Positions 1-13,480 of a stretch of 64,000 bases of DNA are shown here, piece by piece (the first letter of the stretch is position 1; the number at the start of each line of letters is the position of its first letter). The DNA lies in assembly GCA_010093815.1 (NCBI GenBank), contig ML996565.1. One strand, 5' to 3'. Position numbers and translations under genes: made by a program. Under the pieces are notes generated by a model. That model saw only the letters and a program-made list of their open reading frames with translations. It ran no database searches and was not told the DNA's origin. Origin of the DNA: Pseudovirgaria hyperparasitica (taxonomy: Eukaryota).

Positions 1-629
1 AGGCCCCTGAACAATTAGCATCAGGTCTTAATGAGGCCCCCGATACCTGAGCGAGACTGTTCGTTTCCAGCCTCAGTCTACCATACTACATGACACGAGA
101 TTTTAATTTGAAGAGACTCTATGTACGAGGAGTCGCTTTAAGAAAAGTTCAGATCGTACAGTACACACCGCTGTTCAAACACTTTTTATGGCGGATCAAT
201 CTGTCCCATACTCTAGACGATTGTTCTGTCATGTGAGTAGCGTTTAATAGGGAACAGCTTGGTATCTATTGCTAGATGACCGTCAATCATGAGCTTAGTA
301 TTATTATTGATCCCAATATCTGTTCTTATGTCTCTCTAGGCCTTTCCCAGGCAAATGACATGATACCTTAATTTCATGCATACGTCGACTTCAGGATATG
401 ATGTTGTGTATACCAAACGGCTAATCATTCGATCCGTCCAATCGCCAGTACGACTTTACGTTTGTTACCTTTGATCTCAGTAATGAACAACAAAGCACAT
501 GATATGCAAGCCTCCCTACAACGTGTCAAAATAGCCGAGCATCTTTGTCTTTAGAACCATTTTTACATGATATTTTACAATATAGAGCACGAGTTAATCT
601 ACGATGCAGCCATGAAGCTATAAGACCAC

Positions 630-1525
630 CTAAAACCCCTGGTGAATCGGGACCTGATGGTGGAACGCAGAGTCAAACGCGCCGGCATGTGATCCTGTAC
701 CAAGATGCAGATTCGCCAACTCCGCGGCTGCTGCATCATACGTCTTCTCCGGTGTCGCAAGCGCCATCTGTAGCATGTTCAACGAGAACACAAACGCATT
801 CAGCGACTTCTTCGGCGGCCTCCAGCCCTCATTATATGGTAATCGTTCCTCTTCTACACAACAGTCAGCATCAACTTCCCACAAGTATCGAAACTAAGGG
901 GCATCATAAACTCACCAAAAAGAATCCTGGTATAATCCTTTCGACACACCCCCTTCTCATCCACCATCCCATTCAGAATCAGAATACTCTCCGCATACCC
1001 CGAGAACTGCTGAATGGCACCATACACAAACGCCGGATTGCGATACCGCTCCGTTACCACGCGACTATACCGCGCCATAGCCAGCGCCGGGAGTGTTAGG
1101 GCGTCCATGCCATCGAAGAATCGGAACCAGCTGTCAAAGACCTGCTGGTTGAAGCTATGGCTATCGCCACTTAAGGCGTCGTCCGCACGCGACAGCGAGG
1201 CGTCGTGTTCGATCATGTTATGCTTCTGCAGGTCCTTGAGCGAGAATGTGCCAGTACCAGGTGTGGAAGAGGTATCGATCGCGCGGATGGATACCAGCGT
1301 GCCGACTTCGGTGGAGAGGTTAAAGACCTCACTCATGGCACTGACGAGCATAGGTACGGAAAGGTTGCGGCCGTCTCTGGGGAGGATGCCGTGGTTGGCG
1401 AGACTATTGAGGGCTGGGCATGGTGCGCGGTAGTCGTTTGTGCCTGGCTTTCGCCAATCTGAGAAGTCAGGGGTGGCGAGTGCGAGTGGAAGGAGAGCGC
1501 CCGGGAGGAGGAATAGAGAGCGCAT
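630..1525 (-). CDS. Secreted heme-thiolate peroxidase / short-type unspecific peroxygenase (chloroperoxidase family), ~277 aa, 2 exons (intron 854-915)
   Basis: Hydrophobic N-terminus MRSLFLLPGALLPLALA; RAPCPALNSLANHG (PCP heme-thiolate motif), IEHDASLSRAD (EHD motif), YAES; the GTGAGT...TAG intron joins ILF to EEERLPY. Confidence 0.93.
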
Positions 1526-2673
1526 GGTGGGGACGGGAAGTGAATGAATCTGTTGTTGCCCGTTAGGGTTGCCGTGTGCTTCAAGGTGGGTTCCCTATGG
1601 GTCTATCCGTCGGTCGGGATGTCTAGCGTAGGGTATCCGTGAGTTTAAATCGATGTGTGGTGATGCGGTGAATAGAGCGGAACGGCCATAGGGAATACTG
1701 CGCAAGTGGACGAGGCCAGATAGATATACCTACATGAGGTCGCAGCCTGATGAGAAGCGGCCTCCATCTGACAAAGTCCTCAATACGACTCACCGGCGCC
1801 GCCGAATGAGATGCGGTGAATTGAGAGTTGCCTGCGCAGCCTCAGCTCAATGTTACGGGACATCGCCTAAACTCCTGGTCCTCCACCACTTGCGAACGAC
1901 AAATCACTTTCTGTTATTGGAGGACAATGCTGTGGAACGTACAGGGGTTGCATCCTGCAACCGCGACTCCGGATCCTCGAACGCGAACCATGACACAGTC
2001 TTTCTTTGCGCGGTAATAATACTTGTCCTGTATCAGTCTAGCGTATAAGTATTTCTGTCATCCCACATAAGCGTGTACAAAACGTCCACCCGCTGGCTGC
2101 AGGTGCGGAGCTATACTGGCCAACCAGAGCTCATGTGGCTGTTCGCAGGGCAGACTTGATGGGGGCTGAGAAGGAGCTGAGCGATGATTTTTGCTGATTA
2201 AACACTGTACGCTACGTAGTGTGTAGTCTCAATTAAAAGCTTGCAGCACAGAAGGGAACGATAGAAGCCTGATTGGGTAGAATAGGGTTGCTTTCAGTGT
2301 GGACAAGAACGTCATTTACGCTGTAACCGAAGACATAAGGCGTCACTCCAAAGTGCAATGCCACCAGACTTATGATCAGGTACCTAATTAGGGATGCTCG
2401 GTCGGACTCCAAATGATGAAATGGACGCATGAGATTATGAGTAAGAATACAGGTCGTGAGAATGATTTGGAAGCATGGCAGCGGAGTGAGCATAAGTCAT
2501 AAAGCAGTCCGATTCCATTATATGCAATGACGCTTGGACAACACCATGCGACCAGACGTCTATCCGAAAGATAAGCGGTATCTAGATAAGTGTCTACTGG
2601 TGGCCGTCCAGATCTCCATGCGTCAAGTCAAGTGGCCGAATAATTCACTCCCTCCTGAAGGACTGTCGGAGAC

Positions 2674-3530
2674 CTAGTCAGAGTCGCTTACGATGAGTAT
2701 GGGCGATTCTGACCCACCGTCCAAATTGTTGACACTAGAGTTGCACGTAAGATTGTTGAGTGACCGGTGACCTTGGAACGTCTTCTTGACAGTCATTCTT
2801 TTGAGCTCCAATTGCTTTGCTGGTTTCTTACGTTGGCGGAGCCTTGGTTTGGCAGAGCTTTTGTTTGAGTCGGTGAAGTGGCAAATTGTCGTCGTCGTTT
2901 TGGTGTATGTATGATGAGTAGTTAGATCGATAGCTGATTGAAGACTTTTGATCTCTCCAGGCGCTGCCTTCACATTTTCGTCGAAAGAGGCAGTAAGCTT
3001 TCCATCAGCTCTGCGAGTGTGCTCCAGAGTGAGATCCACTGAGTCTATCAAAGTGTTGACTGTGCCACTTCTATTCAGATCTTGACCATTCCTCGCACTG
3101 GCTGACCATCTTGCCCTTTTCGAAGTGTGCTGTATCGTATGATCGGTGTCTGAGCTGGATGCCGCTCTATATTCCAGATTAACGATACTTGACTCCAACC
3201 AAGCTGGCCTGGCTGTTTTCTGCTTCGAAGGTAGCATTTTATTCTTGATTGTTCCCGAGATCTTCTCGGCTTTCTCATTTCCATCTTCGTTGGCAGGCTT
3301 GTGAATCGCATTGTAAGCTCGCTTTCGATATCGACGAAAGTCGGACTGTTCGGCCAGACGCTGAGGGCTCTCGGGTCCTAGGATAAATTGTGACGTCAAA
3401 GAGTTGAGTGCTATTTGGAATAAGCAATGTTACGAACGGTGAAGCCAGTAGATTTACGAGATTGAACATCCCCAACATCCTCTAGCTCTGTATCATCATA
3501 CGGGTCTTCCGTACTCATGTACCAAGCCAT
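2674..3530 (-). CDS. Hypothetical low-complexity, basic/Ser-Thr-rich protein, ~269 aa, 2 exons (intron 3411-3457)
   Basis: The 241-aa ORF 2674-3399 joins in frame to an upstream ATG exon (MAWYMSTEDPYDD...) via a 47-nt GTAAAT...TAG intron; NLS-like KPRLRQRKKP; no recognisable domain; start uncertain. Confidence 0.55.
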
Positions 3531-3995
3531 GATCAATGATTGGGCATCGAATTTCAAGACCTGGCAAAGACGAGAAAAGAGAGGGGTTAGAAATATGCGT
3601 AGATCGCCTGGCGAAACCCTAACCGGCATATACCATGAACAAAGTGCCTGAACGACTGTTCACCTAATGGCTTGTTTTATTGTTATGACAATACAGTTGA
3701 AAGAGTGAAGTTTATTTGAGGATTTTATGCTGTGAAACAGCGGTAGTTGATGTCGAACTGCATGATAAGTATAAATCGTGAGGTCAAGTCTATGTGAAGG
3801 AAGTGTACTCGGCAGTGGAACTTTCGTATCATCAGACGTACGTGACATCAATCATAAGGCCTGGTCAACAAACCCTGGCTGCAAGCTATCCAACCCAATG
3901 ACTTTTCAACGACCATGCCGCTAATAGTGAAAACGACGCAGAAGCCACAAATCTGAGTCCGGCCGGCGCCATGGTATCATGATAGCATGAAGACA

Positions 3996-6214
3996 TTATG
4001 ATCGAAGTTCTTCGATCTCAAGTTCAAGTTCGCGGATCCGCTCATCTTTCTCGCCATCGCTTCGCTGGTTGCTTTGCCGCGCTTTCAAGTTGGTGACCTC
4101 GGTAGAGAGCGACTTCACTTCTCCAGTTAAGGCAGCGATCGAACGGTTTTGTTGTTCAATCATCGATTTGATGTCCGACAGTGCGCCTCTAAGACCTTCG
4201 GCCGCACCTGCAGCGGTGGTAGTTGGCTTTGATTCAATTGCTGTTTGAGCCACAGGCGCTGGTATTGGCACTGCCCTAGAATCTTGCACTGGTTCCCGAG
4301 TTGCCTTGGTGATAGTAGGTCCGCTGGTCTTGTCTAAACGAGTAGTAGCCGGTCTTTCGATCGGCTTAGGGACTTCTTCAAAGCTTGACGTCTCGTCGTC
4401 CGAGTCTCCGTCTTCCTCGTCTGCGAATTTGGACGCCATACTAGCGATTGACTTCTCGTTATCCTTGACAGATGGAGGCGGTCCTCGTTGAACAGCTGGA
4501 GTAGCTACAGGTTCAGGAGATACAATAGGTTTACTTTGCTCGGCTTTGACGGGAGCATTCTCCTTCGGCGCAGCACTCGGGGGCTTGTACGTAGACGGGA
4601 CCTCCGTGGGCTCAGAACCATCGTACACGTTCTCGAGAGAGATCTTGGGAGGGAGGCCTTCCTTTCCATTGAGCCATTCTGCAGAGGACATGGCTGGCTT
4701 TAGACCGACAGTAGGAGGGTAGACGTCTTCTTGAAAGACTTCAGCTCGGCGCGGTACGATAAATGATACAGGCTCTACGTAGCTGTCACTGACAGTCTTG
4801 AAGCATCGCATTACTTCGTTATCATGGAGCTTTACAGCCATTAGCGAGACCCCGTACCCAATAAAAAGCTTGCTTACATTGACACCGCGTTTAGGCATGA
4901 AGGCTACACCTCGCTGAGGGTCACCAGATTTGTATTCGGAGAGGTACTCGAATTTGTCGTTCTGGTATTCGTAGTAGCGAATGTTTCCGTCACTGTTCGA
5001 ATTAGCGTTGTGATATTGTGCGGTTAAAGTGTGACAAACCCTTTGCCCGCGAGGTACAAACACTGTGTCCCATCATCCCAAAAAGGCATACAGACTCCAG
5101 AGATTGAGTCCAGCATCTGGAAACCGTTAATAGGCTCTCTCGGTGCTCTGGAGTCCCATAAGCCAAGTTGGCGATCGCTCATACGCGAGAAACCAGTAGT
5201 CGCGATGCGATCATGCTCTCCCATCCAGACTGCACGGCTGTTCTTAGCTCCCGGATGACCTTGTGTTTCTTGAGCAGCCCTCTCCTGACGAACATCCCAG
5301 ATGCGAAGTTTCTTGTCACGGCTTGTCGTTACGAGGAGTGAGCCTGATGCATTCCACGAAAGAGATTGGACGACATCATTGTGCTTGAGCTGTAATTTTG
5401 AGGCGCCAGTCTCAACATCCCAGAGTTTGATTGTATAATCACCGGAGGCACTCGCGAGAACATTTTCGGCGGAAGGGTTGAAGAGCACGTGGCCAACTTT
5501 TCTGGGGGACTGTTAGCTTTAGTCCAGGTGAAAGACGCAGGAGTAACATGCCTAGAGTGTCCGATGAATTTGGCCACAGGAGAGACATCTGGTGGTTCTT
5601 CGGCTTCTGTGTGGAGGGAGAAGTTATCTGGTACTTGCCAGATAAAGACCTAGTTCAGTCAGCTCTGACCAGTTGATATGACCTTAGTGGCTTCACCTTT
5701 CCGTCGTCTGATCCAGAAGCGATGAGCGAATCGTTAAAAGGACTCCTGCTTCGTATGAGGAACTGCGACACTTGAGAGTCGGGCTACTTGCCAGTCTGTG
5801 TCCAGTACTGCGGCGGTGTGGCCACGGAAGAGTGGAATCACGTCTGGCGCCTTTCCAACCTCTTCCAAGGGGACCACAGCGAAAGCGCCTCCGCCACTAG
5901 CTTCCCAATTGACAGCCAGGTATTTTGGGTTGGCCTATATATGGTTTAGCAAACTGGTGAGGCCACATTGTCTATGCGCCAACCTTGACGAGGTTTGTGT
6001 CCCACGCATTCTTGCTGATGCGCAAATTGTCATAGCATTGTTCCTAGGGGCTCACTGTGAGTGCGTTGATCTCATAAAGAGGACAGCTCGTAGCGAACTT
6101 TCTTCGTCGGTCGACCGAAAACGTGCCCTGGGTATGATAGTCAGCATTCAGTAACAACATAATGCGGAGGGCGGCCTTACGATATTTCGAAGAGCGAACG
6201 AATCGGCCAGCCAT
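3996..6214 (-). CDS. CRN1: Coronin (WD40 actin-binding protein), 9 exons
   Basis: MAGRFVRSSKYRHVFG start, NPKYLAVNWEASGGGAF, WD repeats, SFIVPRRAEVFQEDVYP, C-terminal coiled coil; 8 introns resolved, two with GC donors (5746-5791, 5502-5551). Confidence 0.97.
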
Positions 6215-7281
6215 AGGAACTGCAGTGATGTCGTGTTTTTGGGGGGATACGAATATAATCTTGGTATAAGCGACCGACGAGTGGTAAGGTACGTAGGAAA
6301 GGAGAAGAAGGCTAGAGGAGGTATTATGAAGTTCAATGTTCAAGGGCGAGCTCGCCTGCGCGTGCTGAAACTCCACAACAGCTGGCTGTTACCCCCGCGC
6401 CACAATGTGGAGGGCTAGCGCGGGCTGCATTGCGAGCCTAGCTTGCACGTGTTGTGGCTGTGTGTGGCTCATGCCCCGATGTGTTCCATCGTCAAACTTC
6501 GCAATTTCCCTCAATGGTGTTCTTGAGCCAAGGAGTGATGTATATCGGTAGCAATTTGTGCTACGCGAAACAGGCATCTACGGTCGAACCAAAGGTGTGA
6601 TTCAATGCTCACCAAATTAATGGTGATAAAGCAGATTCTAGCCGCTACATATTCGAGCTTCTCTACTTGTGCCATACCAGACGACGAGAGTACTGTAGCT
6701 ACGTAGCTCTCTGTATAGTATGAATAAAGGAGAGGCTTACGAACTGGTAGAACCATTTTCTTGCAGATCGTGCATAATAATAGGATTCAGTTGTCGATAC
6801 GGGCTATAGATGTACGTCGAAAAACAAAATACAGGGATCTGGACCTCGGACTTAAATCAGATGGCGGGACTGAAAATTTATGAATCAGGCCTCCTTCAAT
6901 ATCGCAGCAAGTACTGCTAGAATCTTGCCTTGCTACCTGTGCCAGTAATCAGGTTGCTGGTTCGCCACCAGCCACACTGGCAGTGTGTTCCACAAGCAAG
7001 AGCAGGGTTGAAAATGTCCTATCCGAAGTAGTTTGATCACTCACATTATCTCTGTTAGTAACACCCCCGTCTGCTCTTCGTAAATATATCTCCCGGGAGT
7101 CAACGCTTCGATCGTGATTCTGTTCAACCGGAATCTGAAGCCGGTGAGCGTGTATAGGTAGGTAATTTGCCTGGTCTAGCTGAGTGATGATAATAGACAC
7201 TGAGAAGAGTGATACGTTATACAGATCTAACTAGTCGTGGGAATCAAGTTCAAAATAAGAAATACCAACCATGTTTCATAA

Positions 7282-8472
7282 TCAGTTATCTTCCACAGCG
7301 CAAGTTCCGCTTAGCCTCAGTACGAACTCATACACCCCTAGCGTCACTATAGCCGCTGGTATGGATCTCAGCAGGTGTGGCAAAAGGCCTCCGTACAAAC
7401 CGGCCATTCCTTCGTGGTGTCCGATTGAGCGAAAGCATTGGATGAGTCCTGAGTACTTCGGAGCCCTAGGATCTGTGGGGGCTTCCCTTAGTCTTGTTCT
7501 GACAACCTAAGAAGCAGTCAATTTGCAAGTTGCAGAGCATCTACGGATAATACTATACCTCGTGGGGATATGTGATTAAAGTTACAACGAGCTTTGCAGA
7601 GCCTGCGGCTCCGCTAGTACTTGCCCAGCTTGTAAATTCATGCCAATTTGCACCGTATGCTGCGTGATCATTGTCCAAAAATCGTCGAATCTGTACTTTG
7701 AGCTTTTCATAGAGAACCAAGTGCAGTGCTGTCTCGATGCTGCCGAGGTAGCTCGCACTGAGTCCTTTGTAAAGACCCCTGATACCCTCTTGCCGTATTA
7801 CTTGCTGAACGCAGTCTATGCTATTCTTGTATCGTCGTACCCCACTTTCTGCTTTCCCGTGTGACTTATCTAGTTGAAGACGAGTTTTGATCAGCCATAT
7901 CGGATTTGTAGCGGATGCCGTAGCTATCCCAGCACCTACGGCGGCCTGCGCATGGTTAATCGCAGCATCCTCTGCAAACCCGAAGCAGTGACAGCCAAGC
8001 GTTTTGAAATTTCCATATACGTAGAACTTGACCGCAGTTGCAGGGACGACGCCTGCAAGGCTAGGCCCAAGTCCTCGGAAGAAGCCAAGCCAGCCTTCGT
8101 TGGCGTGTATTGAGCGTGTAATGTGACGGAGTTCGCGAACGTGATTGAGGGTAGACCGGAAGACGCGTGTATAAGAAGATGGCGCTGTCGTGAGGCTATT
8201 TTGTTCGACAGGGACAGGAAGGTGGTAAAAACTGGCAGACTGGAGTCTAGTTCTCAAGACATCAAATGGAGAAGTAACAATTGCTGTGGCTACCCCTCCG
8301 CTCCTGTTCCGGTAAGAATGTTACCTGGCGATAAATATGATGATAGGGAGACTTACGCGCCAGCAACGAGGTGAGCCCATGGCTCCACAGTGTGTCGTTT
8401 CGCGGATGGAGGTCGACGTGCTTCTACTGTCGTGATCGGCGGCGGTATGCGAATCGATGAGGGCTGTGCCAT
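7282..8472 (-). CDS. Mitochondrial carrier, RIM2/SLC25A33-36-like pyrimidine nucleotide carrier, ~361 aa, 3 exons (introns 8304-8356, 7507-7558)
   Basis: Three carrier signature repeats PFDVLRTR, PIWLIKTR, PHEVVRTR; PWAHLVAG N-terminal helix; spliced exons give a continuous frame. Confidence 0.88.
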
Positions 8473-9495
8473 GGACTGCGGAACTGACGGATGATCCAGA
8501 ACCCTAAATGACTTATGGAGTATGTAGAACTAAGCTTGTCAAGATACAAAGATCGGAAGGCAGCCTGTAGCATTCAAGCAGCTTATCTATGTGGTACATC
8601 TTGGCCAATGATCAATGACGGACTCCGTCGCGCTCTACAACGCGTTCGGATTATGTTACGCGTTCTTGTATTCTATTAAATTTCCTGCATCATCCCCGAA
8701 GGTACTTACCGATAAATATGTCACTATCCGTCGATTAGCTGAAGTTCGACATCACTCACGTCTTGAGACACAATAAAATGAATGAGCGTTGCTTACTTTT
8801 ATTCAGTATTAGCTCCTCTTCGCTACTCGTGTGATCGGAACCCTTGTATACATGGATTAGAGCTAACATGTCTACACAGCAGTAGTGAAGATCGGAATAG
8901 ATCCACGGACTGGATCTTGCTTCCTCAGCCTGAATACCGCCTTTCAATACGGCTAGCAGGCTTTGGTATCCGTATGGCCACCGTCGCATCCCAGAGCCAA
9001 GTCCATGAAGAAGATGTCTTGAGGTAAAGTGAACTTGCTGGATTTGATACATTCGAGTCCAAAACCAGCGACTTTTTGGTGGGCGTTGCAATGAGGTCCG
9101 CATACTTGACGTACTCTCACATGTTCGCAACAGTCCTGTGAAGTGCATGTGCAGCACTCGCACAGCAAGACTACTGCTAATAGCCAGGCAGAGCGGTATC
9201 TAATCAGGATCTTATTTCTCTCGCGATGTCTTGACACCCGGGCCACTGCCTTCGGCGTAGATTAAATTTTGCGTGCACCAGCACTGTAGCCAGACGAATT
9301 GCCAGTCTCGATCCGAATTTCCAGATCGCTGGACTGGACCTTGCGAATCAACTACTCTGTCACATCCGATTGCGAGTAATGTATGCTTGCCAGTCCTGGA
9401 GATTTGGAGAGCTATCTAGGTTATACTGCACATTATCCATGATTGGCCAGGGGCTCTACGAGCTCCACATGTATACTGCCAATACCATAGAGAGC

Positions 9496-11093
9496 TCAGG
9501 ACTCTCTTATGGACCCTGACTCCAGTTGGTCATCTGCTCGTTCTTCAGTCCTCGCGGCTTCCACGTTGACAAATGTCAATATGAGGACAAGGGCAACTGC
9601 TGCACAACATACTGCGTACCAGAAGACAGCCTGGTAGCTTTTGCGGAGGCCGTATGCTTCGGTCTGCTGGGCAGTCAAGTCTGCAAAGCCTAGGAAGAAG
9701 CTGACGCCCAGAAATAAGATGCTGTTACAAACAGCCCCAGCAAGTCCCTGTTCTCTCTCAGCCAACTTTGTTGTTATAAATACATTGGCAACGTTGTAGG
9801 TGATGTCGATGCCTATAGTACCGCATATCATAGCAGGAAAGATGAACGCCCAGTACGATGCACCTGGTGGAGCAATAGCTAATAACAACGGTGCCAACAC
9901 CCACGCTGCGCCCGAAATGGCGAGGAAGACTTTACCAGGTGCCTTGTGGAGGATGAGTCCTCCAAAAGCCGACAGAACCAAACCTCCGATTGCGAAAGGT
10001 AAGAACCAAGCGACTAGCTGCATCGGTCTAACGCCCATGATCGATGAAGTATAAAACGTTGTGTAGAGCAGCCAAGTACCCAGGACCCCGTATGAGAAGA
10101 ACAGAGCAGTTATCAATGCTTTCATCTGAGGCACCTTAAATAAGCTCGAGGGAAGCAGAGGCTGCTCAGCGTACCAGCCTTCAGTATAGACCGTGACGCC
10201 GAGGACAAAGATACCCACGATAAAGCATACGATAATGTACGACGTTCCCCAGTTCTGTGGCGCATGGGCACCGTCATTGACTGCGAAAACCACCAATATG
10301 AGACCAGAGAACAAGAACACACCGCCAGCCCAGTCCATCTTCACTTCCGCCATGCTGTTTGCTTTCTGTCTGGCATGAAAGTCTGATTGTATGAAAAACA
10401 ACCCCAACAACAGTGATACTCCTGTCAGAATGGTACCAATCCAAAAGTACCAGCGCCAATTCAGATATTGGGCGCTTAGGCCCGAGAAGAAGATGCCGGA
10501 GAAGAATCCAACAGGGGCACAGCCGCCATAGATACTGAACACCAAATTCTTGCGTGGTCCTGGTCGATAGCTCGAGCCGAGAATCATGACTCCAGACGAG
10601 AGGAAGGCAGCAGGTCCGAAACCTTGTAGAGCGCGTGCGAAGATCAACATGAGTCTGTTCTGGGAGAATCCAGCAACTAGCGACCAGATGAAGCTCCACA
10701 CGAGTCCGCCGATGAAGACAACATAGCCGCCGTAGATATCAGCCAAGCGTCCAAAGATCAAGAGAGAGCTTCCAGCAGTAAGAGCAAACGCGCTTGCTGG
10801 CCAAATAGACTCTGCAATAGGTATACTCAGGTCTTTCGTCAGAGTCGGCACGATGACATTGAATCCCGAAATAAAATACTCCTTTCGATTCCTCAGTATC
10901 ATGATTCAGTCAAAAAATATACCAAATCAGGCTTACTTACTGCCATTACTTGAGACGACATAATCGCAAAGCAGAGTCCCAACTCCTTGGCAAAACTACT
11001 GAATATTTCTGGTCGTCGACGGCCATAGTCGTCTATGTCATCGCTCTGTTCTGTATCTGGTGTTCTTTCCATGCTCTCTGCTTGTCTCAACAT
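9496..11093 (-). CDS. MFS drug:H+ antiporter (DHA2/Atr1-like), ~512 aa, 2 exons (intron 10882-10940)
   Basis: GRLADIYG motif A, ARALQGFGPA motif B, YRPGPRKNLVFSIYG, WRWYFW, MDWAG; many hydrophobic helices. Confidence 0.92.
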
Positions 11094-11877
11094 GTCGGAC
11101 AGTCGGACCGAGATATCAGGGATACACTACGGGAAGAATTGAACAGTCTTGAAAAATGCTTGTGGATGTGCCAAGCTGGCACAAACCAATATTTATGGAC
11201 AACAATGATCCTATGTACCCGGTCGATAATGGAGCCTACCATTATTAAGCTCAAGTCGATCATCCATGCAGACCTCTGCGATGTGAACTGTGCCGCACCC
11301 GCCAGCCGGAGCGTACGTCCACATTACCTTTGTTCCTATCAGTAAACGAGATAGCGGTGCCCTTGATCATCTTCATATCGCTGAAAGTTTACATCGCATC
11401 TACTGGCTATATTAAAGTAATTACAGTCCTCGACTTCGTCGTGCGACCTCTTAAGTGCTGTACAATCCGTTGCGGCGATGCTCTAAACCAGTGTTCGTCC
11501 ATCATGCATAACAACCAACCACCACTGCTATGACCCACCTGTGTGTACATGCACGCCCTACATGTCAACGATTCGTCATAGGACCACCCAGCTTCCTAGC
11601 CAATCGACCCGTTCTTCTTACACCTGTGTCACTTACCGCGTACTGTTTAAATCCGCGTGAACTTTCGACCCAGCTTGTAAAGTATTTCCATACTTTTCAT
11701 TGCCTGGCATCCTTCCCGTCCCCTTAAATTCCTATGTACGTACATATGGGACACGTGCCTCTAGGCTGTCATTATACCACAAGATACAATTGTACAAGTG
11801 CTTAAATTTCATATTGTGCTCCTTACACCTAGTAATAGATTACCTAGGACTGTTTCATAGTGTCGTGCTGTGGTCCA

Positions 11878-13281
11878 TTACCATGAATCATACTGGTCAT
11901 CTTCGTAGTAATCTGCTCCCATACCGTCGCCATCCTCGTCAGTCTCTCCGTATTCAATATTAAACTTACAAATCGTCCCCAAGTGGTAATTGGCTTGAAG
12001 GCCATTGATACGTAAATTAAGAGCGGGCTCCCTAACAGCCAAATTTTCATATGCCTTAAAGCCATAGAAGTCGACTGTCTTCAGTGTTGGGAATGTCACT
12101 CCTTCTAAATTTCGTAGGGCTGTTATTAGTCTGATCTCGCTTTGTACGTCTTTGTTTTTCATGTACTCAGAGCTACTCGCCAAGGTATCATCCCTGTCGT
12201 ATTCAGCAGGTCGTTGTTCGATAACAAGATTCTTTATGCTCTGGTGAGCGGCAAGAAGAAGACGCACCCACTCGTCAAAACAGGCGGTTTCCCTGGCCTT
12301 GGACCATACAATATCTCTCCATTGATCAGGAGAAACTGACTCAGATGGTGCCAGCAGATGTAGATAGCTGAGATTTTCAAGTGGCGGTATTGCTTTAGGA
12401 ATCCAGAGTAATGGACGAGGAGCGACCGCTTCGCCATCTAGGTCCTCATCCGAGTCGCTGTCGTCGTCTTCAGTGTACCATCGTATTTCTTTGTCACTTT
12501 CCTCCTCTTCGGAAGGCTCATTTCTCTTCTTCCATCCAGATGCGGGGTTCTTGATTGGTGTATACAGCGTACTGCCAATTGGAGTATCGAGCAAGCCCAG
12601 GGTGAGCCGTTCAATAGAAGTGCCGCTGCGGAGAATATATTGCGCAAAGTACGCTGGAACATACCCAATGAGCGTAACGTTCCGTAGTCCCGCCAGTGGT
12701 GGCATGTCGTTGAAGGCATGGAAGGATCTCGGCTCGCGGCCATAAGTTGCCAATTCTAGTCTATCCAGACGCGTGAAATACGGAAAAAAATTCCACAAGT
12801 CAGGAAGATCTTTTAAAGAAGCCACCTGGTTTGCGTCTTCAAGATCCGCCTGTGATGATGTATCCGAAATGTAGCTGTCTCGCCACTCAATGGGATCAAT
12901 AGGAGAACAAAGGCTTCGTACTTGACAACACAACTCATTTAAGCGATTCCTATCCGTTCTGAATAATCGACCCAATAGCAAGAAAAACACAAATGATTTC
13001 GTCGCGTAGCGATTATTGAGCCGAAAGAGATGGTCCTTCTCATCCTCGGGCAGACAATGATGGTAAGGTCTTTCCTCGGGCGCTATGTCCGGCGCAGGTT
13101 GTTTGATGTCATATAATTGATGCCAGCGAGGAGGATGCAGCTCTATGTGTGTCCATAACAGGGGCTCGACAAGGCGATGGAAAGGCTTGTTAATTCGGAT
13201 GAGCTGGGTAAGCTCATCATGTCTCAAGTATGATAAAATACGCAAGCAGAGCTCGGCAGGAAGATCAGTCAGCAGGGACAT
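11878..13281 (-). CDS. F-box protein with LRR-like repeats and an acidic insert, intronless
   Basis: N-terminal MSLLTDLPAELCLRILSYL F-box pattern; LxxLxL repeats (LDRLEL, LRNVTL, IERLTL, LSYLHL); ATG at 13281 preferred over the TTG start of the ORF track. Confidence 0.8.
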   Translation of the reverse strand: MSLLTDLPAELCLRILSYLRHDELTQLIRINKPFHRLVEPLLWTHIELHPPRWHQLYDIKQPAPDIAPEERPYHHCLPEDEKDHLFRLNNRYATKSFVFFLLLGRLFRTDRNRLNELCCQVRSLCSPIDPIEWRDSYISDTSSQADLEDANQVASLKDLPDLWNFFPYFTRLDRLELATYGREPRSFHAFNDMPPLAGLRNVTLIGYVPAYFAQYILRSGTSIERLTLGLLDTPIGSTLYTPIKNPASGWKKRNEPSEEEESDKEIRWYTEDDDSDSDEDLDGEAVAPRPLLWIPKAIPPLENLSYLHLLAPSESVSPDQWRDIVWSKARETACFDEWVRLLLAAHQSIKNLVIEQRPAEYDRDDTLASSSEYMKNKDVQSEIRLITALRNLEGVTFPTLKTVDFYGFKAYENLAVREPALNLRINGLQANYHLGTICKFNIEYGETDEDGDGMGADYYEDDQYDSW

Positions 13282-13480
13282 CTCTTCTACCACGCTGTCC
13301 TGGAACCTCAAATGACATGTCAGAGTTTCGTAATGCTACAAGACGACGCGACGGGGAGCATCTCGTGTCTCCGAAATGATAAACTTGATACAGGAATCTA
13401 AGTTTGAGAAGCTGACCAATACGAAGCTGCCAATTAGTAGCTTCCAGCATTCTGGAGGACAGGGGACTAGACTAGCGTGG

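Noticed and set aside
2150..2200. GGGGCTGAGA reminiscent of a TPP riboswitch core
   Set aside because: The downstream conserved CCTGAT...GGATAATGCC...GCGTAGGGA-like elements are missing and there is no adjacent thiamine gene
8756..9246. Cys-rich short ORFs between the carrier and MFS genes
   Set aside because: Non-ATG starts, no clear signal peptide or consistent splice structure
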